This document shows, piece by piece, positions 14,281 through 27,985 of a stretch of 64,000 bases of DNA. This DNA comes from Octopus sinensis. Taxonomy: Eukaryota. Position 1 is the stretch's first letter. Each line of letters opens with the position of its first letter. The position numbers and the translations under genes are program-made. The notes below the pieces were generated by a model. It was not told the origin of the DNA and ran no database searches. It worked only from the letters and a program-made list of their open reading frames with translations. The stretch spans positions 113,274,001 to 113,338,000 of the forward strand of contig NC_042998.1 in the NCBI RefSeq assembly GCF_006345805.1, given 5' to 3'.

Positions 14281-16124
14281 TGCAGTTGTAAATAATACTG
14301 TTCTTGGTCATAGGATTCCAATAGGTATAAAGAAGTCCCTGTGAAACACAGGTAGACTAAACACCACAAAGTGTTTTCGTTCTAAGTTATTTGTAAATTT
14401 TGTTGATACACATAAGCAAAATAAGCTTCCACAGTGTTTTCCTTCAACTAAATTTTATTCATAAAGCATTAATCAATCCAAGGTTATAGCAGACAGCATT
14501 TACCCAGTGTCATGCAATGGACTGGACTTAGTCATGTGAATAAAAAGGGAACTTCTAAACCACACAGCCATGCCTTCACCCAGCACGTTTGTATGTAGTG
14601 TCAGTATTTAATAGTCATTATCAATTATCATTTTACATTAATTTTTCCATGCTGGCATGGTTTGGATAGGTTTCACAAAATCTCAGCATTTGTTGCAATC
14701 CTTCATCATCTGATAGACACAATAACAGAAAAAAAAACCAATATAAGAACAATCTTTTGTTCTTATATGTCATGCTTTTAGTCTTGCTTCCACAGCAGAA
14801 TGCTAAACCGAAACACATATTCAGAATGTGTTTCAGAAGAAAAATTTCCACAAAAGTGTTAATAATTACAAAGAAGTGTTCTCACATGTATGTGTAGTGA
14901 GGGGTTTCTGGTTATTGCTTAGCAGAGGCATACACTGAATGTTAAATCTAATTTAATACCACAACAACACTAACAAGAGATAACGTATGCTGATGGATGT
15001 GTAGGAGCAGTAACCATATATCATCCAATCCATGTACGTTGCTACATGTTGTGGTCTCATAACCTCAACAAGTTTCAGCTTCCTGATCTTCTCATGTCTT
15101 ACTTTTCCAGATTCATTCCTCTTGAAACACTTGGCACTTCTTTACCCAACTGCTATACTCCATGAACACCATATATTTGCACCAATGCAATATCTGATTC
15201 TTCTTATACCTACTTTTTTTTTATCTCATCTGATTTGTGCTCTTTCATTCATGCACAATAACATTACATACCTAGCAAAGTATACTTGTTTTGTTTCCTT
15301 CTAGTCCCCATGCATCCTCAGTATTCAATGACCGCAATTTATAACTATGCAATACTTTAATTCATACATAACTGTTCCTTTAATTGTTTCCATGCATCCA
15401 TAGTCTCCTAACTACTCCTCTTGTGCATCTGCTCAGCCTAAATGTGATACTACTGTATCTTTTGTGTACCTATAGTTTACATTGGGTACAAAGTACAGTT
15501 TTCAATTAGTTCTTTTCTTCATACTGAGTTTAGCCATTTCCAAACTAAAATTTTAATTTATGTTAGGTTTACTTTAAGGCTCCTTAAATCTAGGCATTTC
15601 TACCATATTTGCTATTTCACCCTTAATACTTCAACAGGCTCAGCTACATGAGTTAAGTCACCAGTACACAAAAGTTTCTATAGACAACCAGTCATAAACT
15701 CATTTTTTATGGAGTGAAGAACTATAATAAACAGGAAGGGGGCCAAGAATCACTGGTCTCATAGATTGCCAGATGGATGGGTGGAAGAATCAGTAGAACA
15801 TCAGAGAGAAAAAAACTATGGTATTGTTACATCCCTGTACGCTCTCAGTTCAAATCTTGCCCACATCAACTTTACCTTTCAGTCTTCTGAAGTCAATAAA
15901 ATAAGTTCTAGGCTTAGTACTGGCATCAGTATAACTAACTAAAACACTTGAAGGTAGTGTTTCAACATAACTGCAAAATAACAAACTAGTAAAAGACTAA
16001 ACAAAGACATAGATGCATTAATATGTGTGTGTGTGCGTTAATGGTGAAGACTATATATATATATACATACATATATATATACATACATATATATATACAT
16101 ACATATATATATATATATAAGCTT

Positions 16125-16352
16125 AGGCGGCGAGCTGGTAGAATCGTTAGCACGCCGGGCGAAATGCGTAGCCGTATTTCGTCTGCCGCTACGTCCTGGG
16201 TTCAAATTCTGCCGAGGTCGACTTTGCCTTTCATCCTCTTGGGGTGGATAAATTAAGTGCCAGTTGCACATTGGGGTCGATATAATCGACTTAATCCATT
16301 TGTCTGTCCTTGTTTGTCCCCTCTGTGTGTAGCCCCTTGTGGGTAGTAAAGA
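16125..16352 (+). mobile_element. tRNA-derived SINE
   Basis: Head with A/B-box-like motifs (GGTTCAAATTC) and a core GCCTTTCATCC shared with other copies (2030-2240 minus, 46810-47020). Confidence 0.7.
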
Positions 16353-17031
16353 AATATATATACACACATTTATTATTAATAGTAGTAGCCTTATTTGGCC
16401 TTGAACAAAGAAAGAGCATGCAATATTAATGTAATTGAGTGTGTTCACTAGACAAATGTGCTAGCAAGAAACTCATAATAGTAAGTACATAGTTTTGAAA
16501 ACCCACACACACACAATAGCATTGGTTAGATGCCAGGTGTGTGCAATATTTATTATATACAGAATCTAGAGAAATGACCCAATTCTTGTATCTTACCAAC
16601 ACTAGCCTAACAGTCCTACATCATCTGAAAAGGTTCATCCTGTGTCAAATTGATAGTGTAGGTTAGAAACAGATTCTTTGTGTAATGATTCAAAGTTTAT
16701 ATCTAACTGGAATTGTCTGAGACAATCTAGAAATTGACTAATACGTAACAAGTTGAGACAAGCTGATGTAAGTTAATGTCACACTTGACAGACAATACAA
16801 TATTCCAGAGAATATGGGTGACCAGTCAAAAATAAAAGAAAAAAATTGGGAACAGCAATACATGAATAAATAAATTGATGCTATTGGCTCACATTGTATT
16901 GTGTTACATTCCTTTTTTTTTTGTTTACAGGTGTAGCTGTGTGGTTAAGAAGTTTGCTTTCCAACCACATGGTCTCGGGGTTCAGTTCCACTGTGCAACA
17001 CATTGGGTAAAGCCCATTGTGTGTGTGTAGA

Positions 17032-18236
17032 CAGGGTGTGGATGGTATTTGAGGACATGCATTTTTAGTCATTATTTCATCTGACTAATTTTTATTAAAC
17101 TTCTATTTCAGTAAATAACAATGGCAGGCCCTATGCTCACTAATGAAATGAAAAGGCATGCTGTGAAGGTTAAGCATGGTGATTTAGAAATTTCTGAAAG
17201 TTGCGAGATTTTTTTGTCCACAAGATCCGGTGTGAATTAAAGAAAGATGGAATCATATTGCGTGTATCAAAACATAAAAAATATTCCAAACACTGATTCT
17301 ATCAGGACAACTGAATTTATTCAGGAAGCTAAGCAAAACATTGAAGACAATCCATGAAAATCAATGAGGTCAATTGCAAAAAAATTCCTTGTGTCAGAAA
17401 AAAACAATCAGAAATGTTGTGCATGAAGGCATCAGATACAAATCTTACATGTTGAGGAGAGGTCAATTCATGTCAGAAAAAGCAAAAAAATCATTTAATC
17501 AGATCCAAAAGACTTTTGAATAAACTTAAAAATCCATCAGAAGATGATGTAATTTGGTTTTTCTCAGATGAGAAAAACTTTGACCAGGACCAGAAAATTA
17601 ACAGAGAAAATGACAGACAGCCATGTGCAGACCCTTCTGAGGTTCCAAGAGTAATGCACACAAATTTCCTGCAAATGAGTGTTGTTAGCAATGAAGGACA
17701 TGTGATGCCTCCTCACTTTTTCCACAAGGCCTTAGGGTGAATGTTGCTGCATATATTGAGGTTCTGGATAAAGTTGTTAAGCCTTGGCTCAACAGTGTAT
17801 GCAATGGAAGACCTTATGTCTTTCAACAAGATTCTGCACCATCATACAAGTATGGATGGCCAATAATTTGTATGATCACAACACCAACATTCGGCCTCCT
17901 AATTCTCCAGATCTCAAGCCACTCAACTACTATGTATGGAGCATCATTGAGAAAAACGTCAATGAACACCCCCATATCACCAAAGATTCTTTGAAAGCCG
18001 TCATAGTTCGAGTTAAGTCCAATATGTACAAGGACCACTTCATCCGAACTTGTGAATGATTTCAACCCCGTGTAGAAGCAGTTATTGAAGCTTATGATGG
18101 TTTTATTGAATTAAATTATTAAGTTCATAATTTAGCACTATGTTTATGTTATTTTTTATAAAAATACAGTTCTTTTCTGTTATTATATAAGTGTCATTTT
18201 AAAACCATAAATGTCTTCAAATACCGTCCGCACCTG
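17032..18236 (+). mobile_element. Tc1/mariner transposon (maT/DD37D-like), full length but degenerate, nested in a SINE
   Basis: TIRs CAGGGTGTGGATGGTATTTGAGGACAT / ATGTCTTCAAATACCGTCCGCACCTG; FSDEKNF, QQDSAP and PPNSPDLKPLNY motifs; frameshifts. Confidence 0.85.
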
Positions 18237-18359
18237 CGTGGACCCCTGGGCAAGTGTCCTACTATAACCTCAGACCAACCAAAGCCTTGAGATTGGATTT
18301 GGTAGATGGAGCGTAGAAGAAGACCATCGTGTGAATATGTGAGTGTATATGTGTGTATG

Positions 18360-18391
<32 letters not shown>

Positions 18392-19179
18392 ATGTCTTTC
18401 TGCCTGTGCTTGTCCCCCCACTACCGCTTAACAACTGCTGCTGGTGTGTTTATGTCTCCCTAACTTAAAGGTTTGGCAAAATAGTGACTGACAGAATAAG
18501 TCCTAAGCGTTAAAAAATAAGTACTGGGGTCGATTTGTTCGACTAAAAACCCTTCAAGGCGGTGCCCTAGCATGGCCGCAGTAAAATGACAAACAAGTAA
18601 AAGATAAAAATATATAAACTTGTGTGTACTCTAAATATTTTACGCAGAAAACCACAGGGTTTATTTTCCGCCTCATACAACGAGAAAAACTGCTTACGAA
18701 TCAATTTATACTGCTCGTGTTTTATTTCACACGGAATGTTATATTGAAGATATAACTGATGGACTTTTCAGAACCATAAGACCGGTTGTAGATTTGATAA
18801 AAAGGTGAATCTAGCCTATGAATAATAAATAGAAATAATTGTTATAAGACTGTGAAATCAGTGATGACAGAGAGAAAATATAAAAACTGAACTTCACGCA
18901 ATTACTATTATTCAACGTACAAGTTTCCTCCCTTATTTCGCAATGGTTGTCGTTTAAAAACTAGATTGTGTACGAGTTCGAATTCCGGATTATCTTCTTT
19001 CATTCGGTTTTATTCACATTCGTACACACATAACGACAAAAATTGATTAAATATTAATCTTAAACTTAGTATTCAATTGACTTGACTGCACTTCCATACA
19101 TCTTATCTAATTCAAAATAAAATACCATTCAGAATAATAATAATTTACTTTATTTTACATGACTTCTGCAGCTTAAAAC

Positions 19180-19750
19180 GCCGGTAGATTTCTGAGACAC
19201 TCGAAGATCAAGAGGATAATGAAACATGCTTTTGTCTTAATATTCCGTGTTCAGAAACCAATTGGTTTGTCTTGTCCTGGTGGCAAAAGACTAAATTATG
19301 ATTTATGTCCTGGTTGTTTTATCTACTAGAGGTAGCAGCCAAATCTTCTTCATATCACAGCTTACCAATCCGTGTTCAGAAACCAATTGGTTTGTCTTGT
19401 CCTGATGGCAAAAGACTAAATTTATGTCCTTGGAGTAGAGGACACAGTCTAGCCTTTGATGCAACTGAAGTGGATTCTTTTGCTGGAAATCAAGTCCTTA
19501 ATTCTGCTGTTGTTGCGGGTTCTATCGCTTCGTTGACAACGTAAATAAAGACTTCTAAATTTTCAATGATATTTGATATTTTGCAATCAATTGCTTTTAT
19601 TTTTGTTTGAGACCCTTTACAGAATCATTTTTATGTGACTTCGATTTGAAACTTATTGAAACAATTTGGGAACGGCGAGAAGGCAAGACTCCATGAAAGA
19701 ATCTCATTCAGCCATTATTCCTAGTTAGGCACTCAGCGTTCTTTCTTGTT
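19180..19750 (+). mobile_element. Remnant of a restriction-like-endonuclease non-LTR element (CRE/NeSL-like C-terminus)
   Basis: DGKRLNLCPWSRGHSLAFDAT resembles the DGKRPDG..PW..G..L.WD.T motif of such elements. Confidence 0.45.
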
Positions 19751-22029
19751 TCTGCTAATTTTTCTTTCATGGACATCGATTTTTTTCTAAATACTTCAAA
19801 CACTTCATTTTGCAAATCAAATACAAAATAACACAACATATAGTTTGTAGGTTCCTTAGACTATAAATAAAATGGTATAATTTCGAATGTGAGATAGACC
19901 CGATGGTCAACAAATATTGTGTGTTAAAAAAGTGTTTTTAACTATATACGATGGTCATCAGCTGGATAAAGGACTCAATGCATGTGTAGAGCCTAATATT
20001 TAATTTCGCTGACAGTAACATCGCCAACGGTGGAACTAATGAGTTATTCAAACCATCACAATCTGAATATGCCACGGCTGGTTAAACTTGTACACACACA
20101 CACGTAACTCTTTTCAATATAAATACAAGTGTTCGTTGTGGAGGGTGTGTATCTTTTCCTCTCATATTTAAAGAGTTCACTTTGGTGTGATTACGAAAAT
20201 GCATAGCTACCAACCAACGGCCAAAACATAAGAGGCGGAACAGTGTGAGTGATAGTTTTAGCATTACCAAATGTTTTTCAACCAGTGTCGCTGCATATCT
20301 GTGCCGCCAAGTATGGCGCAAGTGTGCAGCGAGTTTTTTTTCTAAGTATGTCGGAAATGCCCTGATATATAGAAATTTGGATTGTTCTTAATGTATCACG
20401 CCGGTATGAGTTTTCCTTGGTGGCAATGTGCAATGCATGCACTCATCACTGGGTTAAAACAATTTTAATAACCACTATTTATATTTTCAAAACTTGGTGG
20501 TGTGTCGTAACATCTCAAAGCACTCACTCTATGCAATCATGCGGAGGATCGAAAATGGTTGAAAATTGCTGTTATAGAAACAACGTACTTAACTGACGTA
20601 GCAGAAACAAGTTTCGAGTGAGAATTGGTCAGCCATTCAGCGACTAGGTTTTCGTTTCTGATCGAACCCATTTACTTCAATCACGTCAGTAAGACCCTTT
20701 AAAATAAGGCATGTATCATATGCACTTATTTCTCCTATATTATCCCCCGTTCGTTAAAAACAATAAGAACCTTTGATATGTAAAGAAATAAATCCGAGAA
20801 AGAAAGTGTGGATGTATTCCGCTAACTAAATTATTGCTGAAATTATAAGATAGCAACGTGTACATGTATGTGTGTGTACATGAGTTTATACACGCGTGTG
20901 TCGGTTGGTAGAAATCTTCATTTACTGAGAGTATTTACAACTATAGGAGAATCTTTCCAGCACCAGAAGGATGCCTCTGCTGTAGTATCTTTGTATAGCC
21001 AATTATATCTACCTATAGTGAAATGGTAGATATTTAAAGTAGAAAGTCTTTCCAAAGTGGAAATATACAGCGCGACATGAAAACAATAAGGTTTTACAGA
21101 AAACACACAAACACGAAATCGTTAGTAGAATTACGAAATCGTTACAATTACGAAAGAGAAGACATTCGGCAGGTTAAAACATGAGTATTAAACAAATCAA
21201 TGGATCGATTGAACTGGAGCAGGGTAGGGGTGGCGGGTTTCAGGTCGATCTAAAGGGATATAGAATGCATCGATTCAATTGAGAAGGTAGATTTATTATA
21301 AATACTCAAATATAGGATACTTTACAGAAAAACACTAGATTTTAGTGTCAGCTGCTCGATTTCAGCTCCCAGGTAAAACGAAATCTGTGGAAGAGGGCTG
21401 CACGTAATCAAAGAGTAGGAGTTCAGTGTATGAAAAGGGGTTTTAGTTTTATGCAGTAATATTCATTATTTGTACAAGACCGAGTAATTACTATTAGATA
21501 TCAACTAGGTATGCGATTAAAGAATACCTAATTGTTACTGAATCTCCCAGATAATATCAAGTTCCGGTAAATATATGCCACGTTATGTTTTAAGCACTTC
21601 TTGATATACAAATCAGGCGGTGCTCTATGGCCTTAACCGCGATAGCTAAAACAAATTTGAGAACTTCTGCAATATTCTTAAAGTGTATTGTTTAGCTAGA
21701 GACCAGTCTTGATGGAGAAAACCTAGGATCACGAGCATTCCAGCCATGATGATCCGCCTTTCTTTTTTTTTTTTTTTTGCAATGTCCTTTCTCTTCGTTT
21801 TTTTTTTTAAACACTAGGGTGTGGTTAGAGGGAAATTTATCGATTTGTCTGCTATTGCTGGTGGTTTGGGCAACCCTGCAGAGGTTCCTTCGCTAGCTCT
21901 AGGAATTTACTAAAATTGAATGTATCAACATTATTATATGAACTGAGATTGAGCTTGTTTTTTTTTAAGCATGCAATTTTAAATATGAGAACGAAGAATA
22001 AGAAAATAAGTCAAATTAACTGAACATAC

Positions 22030-22275
22030 CGTGGCACCGACATAAGCCTCATGGTTTTGAAGATACGGGTCTAAAACATAAACGAAGTGGTTGGCTGTCG
22101 TCTTGCCCGTGTTCTCGATCGTAATCGAAGTAGAAATCTTAATCAAATGACTGGACACGTCTATACCACGTTCTACTTTGTTTAGTACAAGATCGCTGTT
22201 GACAGACTCTGGCTCGGCTTGAACCCGACACAGTACCAACAGCACCACCAACATGCAAAGATACCGCATCAACAT
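22030..22275 (-). CDS. RPN1: Ribophorin I (OST subunit 1), coding exon 1 with signal peptide
   Basis: MLMRYLCMLVVLLVLCRVQA signal peptide, then ...VERGIDVSSHLIKISTSITIEN...YVGAT, typical of the ribophorin I N-terminus. 246 nt, GT donor at 22029 (GTATGT), phase 0. Confidence 0.93.
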
Positions 22276-22794
22276 ATTGAAATGGTTGATTGTACAGTTT
22301 TAAAGAGAGAGAGTGTGTGAAAGAAAAAGATATTTCCCGAAACACAAATATAAAGACTGCTCAGTTGATACTGTTACTATTATTGGCAACTACTGAACTA
22401 CTGTAGTTGTTCAATGAGACAGTTGTGATGGTCACTAATTACGAGAGTGGAAAAAGACAGAGGGAGGAAACAGCGGCGACAATATCCAATGTCGACGGCT
22501 TATCTCTCCAAATGGACGACGTGTCTCGTTCAGAATGACAGCCTCGCTTTCGATCTGACCAACCTGTTTTATAACCTTCTCCAGAGAAGGTTTCCACTCT
22601 TCTTACAAAGGTGGTAACTAGTTGTTGTTAGGTACGCTGCATGGTCACAGTTTTAGTACTAATATTTATCCCTACTTAAACGTGAATGTTCTATTAGAAC
22701 AAACTATACTGGAGTAAATACCATGAAAGAAATTCCCATATTAGCTTTTGGCGCAAAATGCAAGCTTGCTTACATTGCGAGCGAGGAGATAAAT

Positions 22795-23399
22795 CCGGTG
22801 CGCGCACTCGCGTACTAGCGCATCCGCGCAAGCTAGTCGTGACTAGTCGATCCTACAACGACTACCTAGCAAAGTAAATAAAACACAAAATGAATAATTT
22901 TTTTTAAACAAATAGGCGTAGGAGTGGTTGTGTGATAAGTAGCTTGCTTATGAACTACATGGTTCTGGGTTCTGTCCCACTGCGTGGCACCTTGGGCAAG
23001 TGTCATCTACTATAGCCTCGGGCTGACCAAAGCCTTGTGAGTGGATTTGGTAGACGGAAACTGAACGAAGCCCGTCGTATATATGTATATATATATATGT
23101 GTTTGTCCCCCCAACATCGCTTGACAACCGATGCTGGTGTGTTTACGTCCCCGCAACTTAGCGGTTCGGCAAAAGAGACTGATAGAATAAGTACTAGGCT
23201 TACAAAGAATAAGTCTTGGGGTCGATTTGCTCGACTACATGCGGTGCTCCAGCATGGCCACAGTCAGATGACTGAAACAAGTAAAAGAGTAAAGTAAACA
23301 AAACACAAAAACACAAAGTAAATAAAACAAAAACACAAAGTAAGGATCGATAGTCACGACTAGCTAGCTCGGATGCGCGAGTACGCGAGTGCGCGCCGG
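22795..23399. mobile_element. GC-rich inverted-repeat element (MITE-like) with a SINE inserted at 22915-23292
   Basis: ~60 bp inverted arms at 22795-22856 and 23340-23399; the central SINE has a CORE-like ACCTTGGGCAAGTG segment. Confidence 0.7.
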
Positions 23400-23769
23400 G
23401 ACCACTCTTCTTAAGTAGAACCGATAAATCCCCCGTTACCTCCAGTTTTAGTAACGTCTCTTTGCTATAAAGTGAATCACGATGGGAATCTTCTACATGG
23501 TTGTTTTATCTACTAGAGGTAGCAGCCAAATCTTCTTCATATCACATCTTACCAATCCTTAGCATGCCGGACAAACTGCTTATCAGCATTTCATCCATCT
23601 TTACATTCTGTGTCCATATTCCGCGGAGATTGATTTTTGCCTTACATTTTGTCGAGGTCAATGGAATAAGTAGCAGTTGAGCACTGGTGTCCATATAATC
23701 GACTAGCCTTCTTCCCCGAAATGTTGATCCTTGTGCCTATAGTAGAAATCATTAAGGAAAAACATTATA

Positions 23770-24560
23770 CGAATTTTTTCTTAGCTTATAAAGACTACTG
23801 CACCTTATTCAAAGAAATGAACAACCAATTATCACTCATAAATGGTATGTATTCTGCAAATAAGCTTTCTTTGAATATGGATAAGACTAAGTACACTCTA
23901 TTCTATTCGTCAGCTAATTACGAGGATCTACCTTTACAGTCCCCAAAACTTCGCTTTAGCTCAAAAGAAGTCAAAAGGTCAAGATATACAGTTTCTGGAA
24001 ATACTTATTGACGAAATTGGAATTGGAAATTGCACATTCAAGCAATAGGAATCCTAACTATTGACACAAATTGGAATTATGTTGGGATATCATGTTTTTG
24101 GACAGCAAAGCGATGAAAATGTTATATTTTGCTTTTGTTCATCCATATTTAACATACAGGATCCTAGCTTGGGGTAGTGTCAAGAAGTTAAAACTAAGTA
24201 AACTTCATACTTAATAAAACTGTGCAATGAGGAATACATCAATGGCTCCCAGAGGATCCCACTCTCAGCCTTTAATACTTGATAATAAAATACTAAACAT
24301 TTATTAAATGAATTTGGCTGCTCACTTGAGACTTATGTTCAAAGTTTATTACAACGCTACACCAAAATGTGTTTAAGAAAAAATTATAGAGAATATTCTC
24401 AAATATCCGACGAAATATTCAAGGGCAACATTCAAATGTAATAGTTATGACGCAACAAAATTTAATAAATTCAGTTAACTCTCTCGTGTACCAATTGCCT
24501 GGGATCATCTTTGTGCAAAAATACAACTCTCCTAGGCTCATGAGATGTAAAAAAAAAATG
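23770..24560 (+). mobile_element. CR1/L2-type LINE RT C-terminal remnant
   Basis: NKLSLNMDKTKY, FLEILIDE-like and LYFAFVHPYLTY..LAWG motifs across shifted frames. Confidence 0.7.
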
Positions 24561-25720
24561 TCAAAAAGATGTTGAGTAGTCAAGGAATCTGGTTGTGATA
24601 AAACCCTACCCTTTTTAGTAACGTGAAAAACATTTTTAAAATGACTTTGCATACAGCTAGCGAAGTAAAGGAAAGGATGTACTGGAAATGTTGTTCTCTA
24701 TGTGGTTCGTAGACTTAATCAGTCATCTGGCTTAAAATATCACCTCCTGGTCCTTGAGACCCGTTTGCAGAGTCCTTTCAATTGAAAGAAATGAGCCTAG
24801 GTCTCAAGAGACAATGTAATAGGTCAAGAACATTATCGTTCTTTCTGGGATGTTCATGGCTAGAACGTCATATAGCTGTCCAACAACTCAAACATAATAC
24901 TCAGAATGAAACATGGGTTAACGCGAGAACCACTTACGTGATCACTTGACCCGCTAGACATAGCAGATAAATATTCTCTCAAATCACACTTCACTTTCAG
25001 GAAAAAAGAGTGGAGGACACATACGATAATCTTCCCGTAGTTAATCTGTAACCGGAAAGATAAAACACCAGATAGTTATAGTTGGAGCGTCCTCGATTAT
25101 AGATCTGTTAGACCAGGGTTAAACTGAGAATAAACAACGATACCATTAGGAACCAGGTACTTGTATCGCAGAGTGGTCACTTGCTCTGTTAGAAATAGCA
25201 GCCAAATTTTCTCTCAAATCACACTACCAATTCCAACGACTGTAGCATCACAAGCCAAATGAAAGAAACTATGTGGTCATACGATCAGCTTGTAATATCA
25301 ACCAAATCACATTCTACTATCATGGAAAAAAAAAACCATTAGATAACGATGTCCAAGGAGCACTGATGAAATAGTCGATTCAGAGCAAATCTGGAGTTAA
25401 ACAATGTTATCTGCTGACATTAATTAGGTCACTGTTATAAATGTCTTCAAACGTAAATTAAATTGTAAATTATATTGTTTTCATATTATACATCGTTCAT
25501 CTCCGATTCCTCATGCAATTTAATTTAGACTGTTCTCATCCCCTCATTTTAGCAAACTAGTTCGTTTAAGAAAATCTCTGTTAGAGATGGCAGCGGTATT
25601 TATACTGAGGAGTAATGTTTATCGCTACTTAAAGATGGAAGTTCTTTAAGAACAGATGATACTGCTATTTTAACCCCAGGAGGATGCTTCCTCCAGCTGG
25701 CTATTCAGTGTGCTTTGCAC

Positions 25721-25780
<60 letters not shown>

Positions 25781-25784
<4 letters not shown>

Positions 25785-26393
25785 TTTTGACCGACAGATT
25801 TAAAAAATAATTTTTTGTAACTAAACACTTCCACTGGCAGAATGTGTCATATAAAACATCTTTTACTCTTAGCGTTTTTGAGAAAAGCTTATATTTAGGG
25901 AGTTATTTCACTACATTAAAGTTGTAGTATTTCGGTAATTTCAACCAATCAATGACGTGTATTCAGCTGAATAAAATTACTGCTGTCGTTTGTCAACAAG
26001 AACCTCCTGCAGTGTATTTTTCGTTTGTCATTGTTATGTATGACAACCCTAACCCTAACCCTAAAACCCTAACCCTAAAATCCTAACCCTAACACCCTAA
26101 CCCTAAAACCTTAAAGCTAAAACCAGTACAAATGCACGAACGATGTCATAAATAACAGTGACAAACGAAAAATACACCGCCAATAGTAATATTATTCAGC
26201 TGAATACATGTCATTGACTGGTTGAAATTACCAAAATACGAGAACTTTACCGTGAAACAACTTCCTAAATATAAGCTTTTCTCAAAAACGCTAAGTGTAA
26301 AAGATATTTTGTATGACACATTCTACCAGTGTCCGAAGTTTGAAAATGTTTAGTTATAAAAAATAATTTTTTAAATCTGTTGGTCAAAAGGTA
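25781..26393. mobile_element. Fold-back element with long inverted arms and a central telomere-like (CCCTAA)n tract
   Basis: Arms of ~260 bp (25781-26045 vs ~26143-26393), termini TACCTTTTGACC / GGTCAAAAGGTA, inserted in (TA)n. Confidence 0.8.
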
Positions 26394-26831
26394 TATATAT
26401 ATATATAATCTGTCGGTCAAAAGGTATATATATATGACCGTGTGTGTATCGTTGGCGATTTTTTCCTCCATCTTCTCTTCCTTGGATCTTTCCTTTTCCT
26501 ATGTTTCTGACAAAGAGCTCCACTTGAAACATTAAATCCTCCTTCTTTCTTTCCTTTCCTGAGCATCCAATAACACTATACTTGTACAATGTCTTCACAT
26601 TGTTGTGTTTTCATGTTTGGATTAACTATATATATATATTACTCTGGAGCACCACCTTTAGTTGAACAAATTGATCCCAGTATTTATCCTTTGTAAGCCT
26701 AGTACTCATTCTATCGGTGTCTTTTGCCGAACCGCTAAGTTACGGGGAACTAAACACACCAACATCGGTTGTCAAGCGATGCTGGAGTGACAAACACAGA
26801 CACACGAACATACACACACATACATACATAC

Positions 26832-26905
<74 letters not shown>

Positions 26906-27057
26906 TCATCATCATCATCATTTAGCGTCCGTTTTCCATACTAGCAAGGGTTGGACTGGCAGTGTTTCTACGGCTGGATGCCCTTCCTAATGCCAACCAC
27001 TCCGTGAGTGTAGTGGGTGCTTTTTTCGTGCCACCCGCACAGGTGCCAGACGGAGCT

Positions 27058-27399
27058 GGCAAACGGCCACGAACGGATGGTGCTTTTACGTGCCACCGGC
27101 ACGGGGCCAGGCGAGGCTGGCAACGGACACGAACGGATGGTGCTTTTACGTGCCACCAGCACGGGGGCCAGGCGAGGCTGGCAACAGACACAAACAGATG
27201 GTGCTTTTACGTGCCACCGGCACGGGGGCCAGGCGAGGCTGGCAACGGACACGAACGGATGGTGCTTTTACGTGCCACCAGCACGGGGGCCAGGCGAGGC
27301 TGGCAACAGACACAAACGGATGGTGCTTTTACGTGCCACCGGCACGGGGGCCAGGCGAGGTTGGCAACGGACACGAACGGATGGTGCTTTTACGTGCCA
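27058..27399. repeat. 60-61 bp tandem repeat (~5.6 copies) inside an RTE 3'UTR copy
   Basis: Repeated unit GGCAACGGACACGAACGGATGGTGCTTTTACGTGCCACCGGCACGGGGGCCAGGCGAGGCT. Confidence 0.92.
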
Positions 27400-27693
27400 T
27401 ACGACAGGCTTCTTTCAGTTCCCATCTACCAAATCCACTCACAACGCTTTGGTTGGCCCGAGGCTATAGTAGAAGACACTTGCCCTAGGTTCCACGCAGT
27501 GAGACTTAACCCGGAACCATGTGGTTGGTAAACAAGCTACTTTATTTCAATAATTTTGCCATAAAGGCATTACACAGAGGGGGACACTACAACACATGTG
27601 GGAACATATAACAATTAAAAATATAAAAATAAAATATGATTTAATGAATGATACATGAAAATGAACATGAAAAACAAATTAAAATATAATAAT

Positions 27694-27952
27694 ACTAGCA
27701 GTATCGCCCGGCGTTGCAGTTTGTTTAGACCCTTTAGAATTGGAATTTTTGAAAAGTAAAAATTTGGCTGTATGTAACTTGTTATTTTCTTTAAGTGAAA
27801 TACACCGAAAAATGGCGACACAGCAGTCAAAACATCATAAAAAGTAGGGATTTTCATAGAAAAAAGGCACCTTTTTGATGTAAATAATTTTTGGTCCGAT
27901 TTGAATTTTTTCTTCTACAGAAGGAAGAGTTAGCCTTTTCTATCATACTCTC

Positions 27953-27985
<33 letters not shown>

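Noticed and set aside
26046-26120. Telomere or chromosome-fusion scar
   Set aside because: Short, degenerate, single-orientation tract located centrally in a fold-back element.
26922-27531. Several overlapping ORFs of 89-189 aa
   Set aside because: Artefacts of a stop-poor 61 bp tandem repeat in a LINE 3'UTR.
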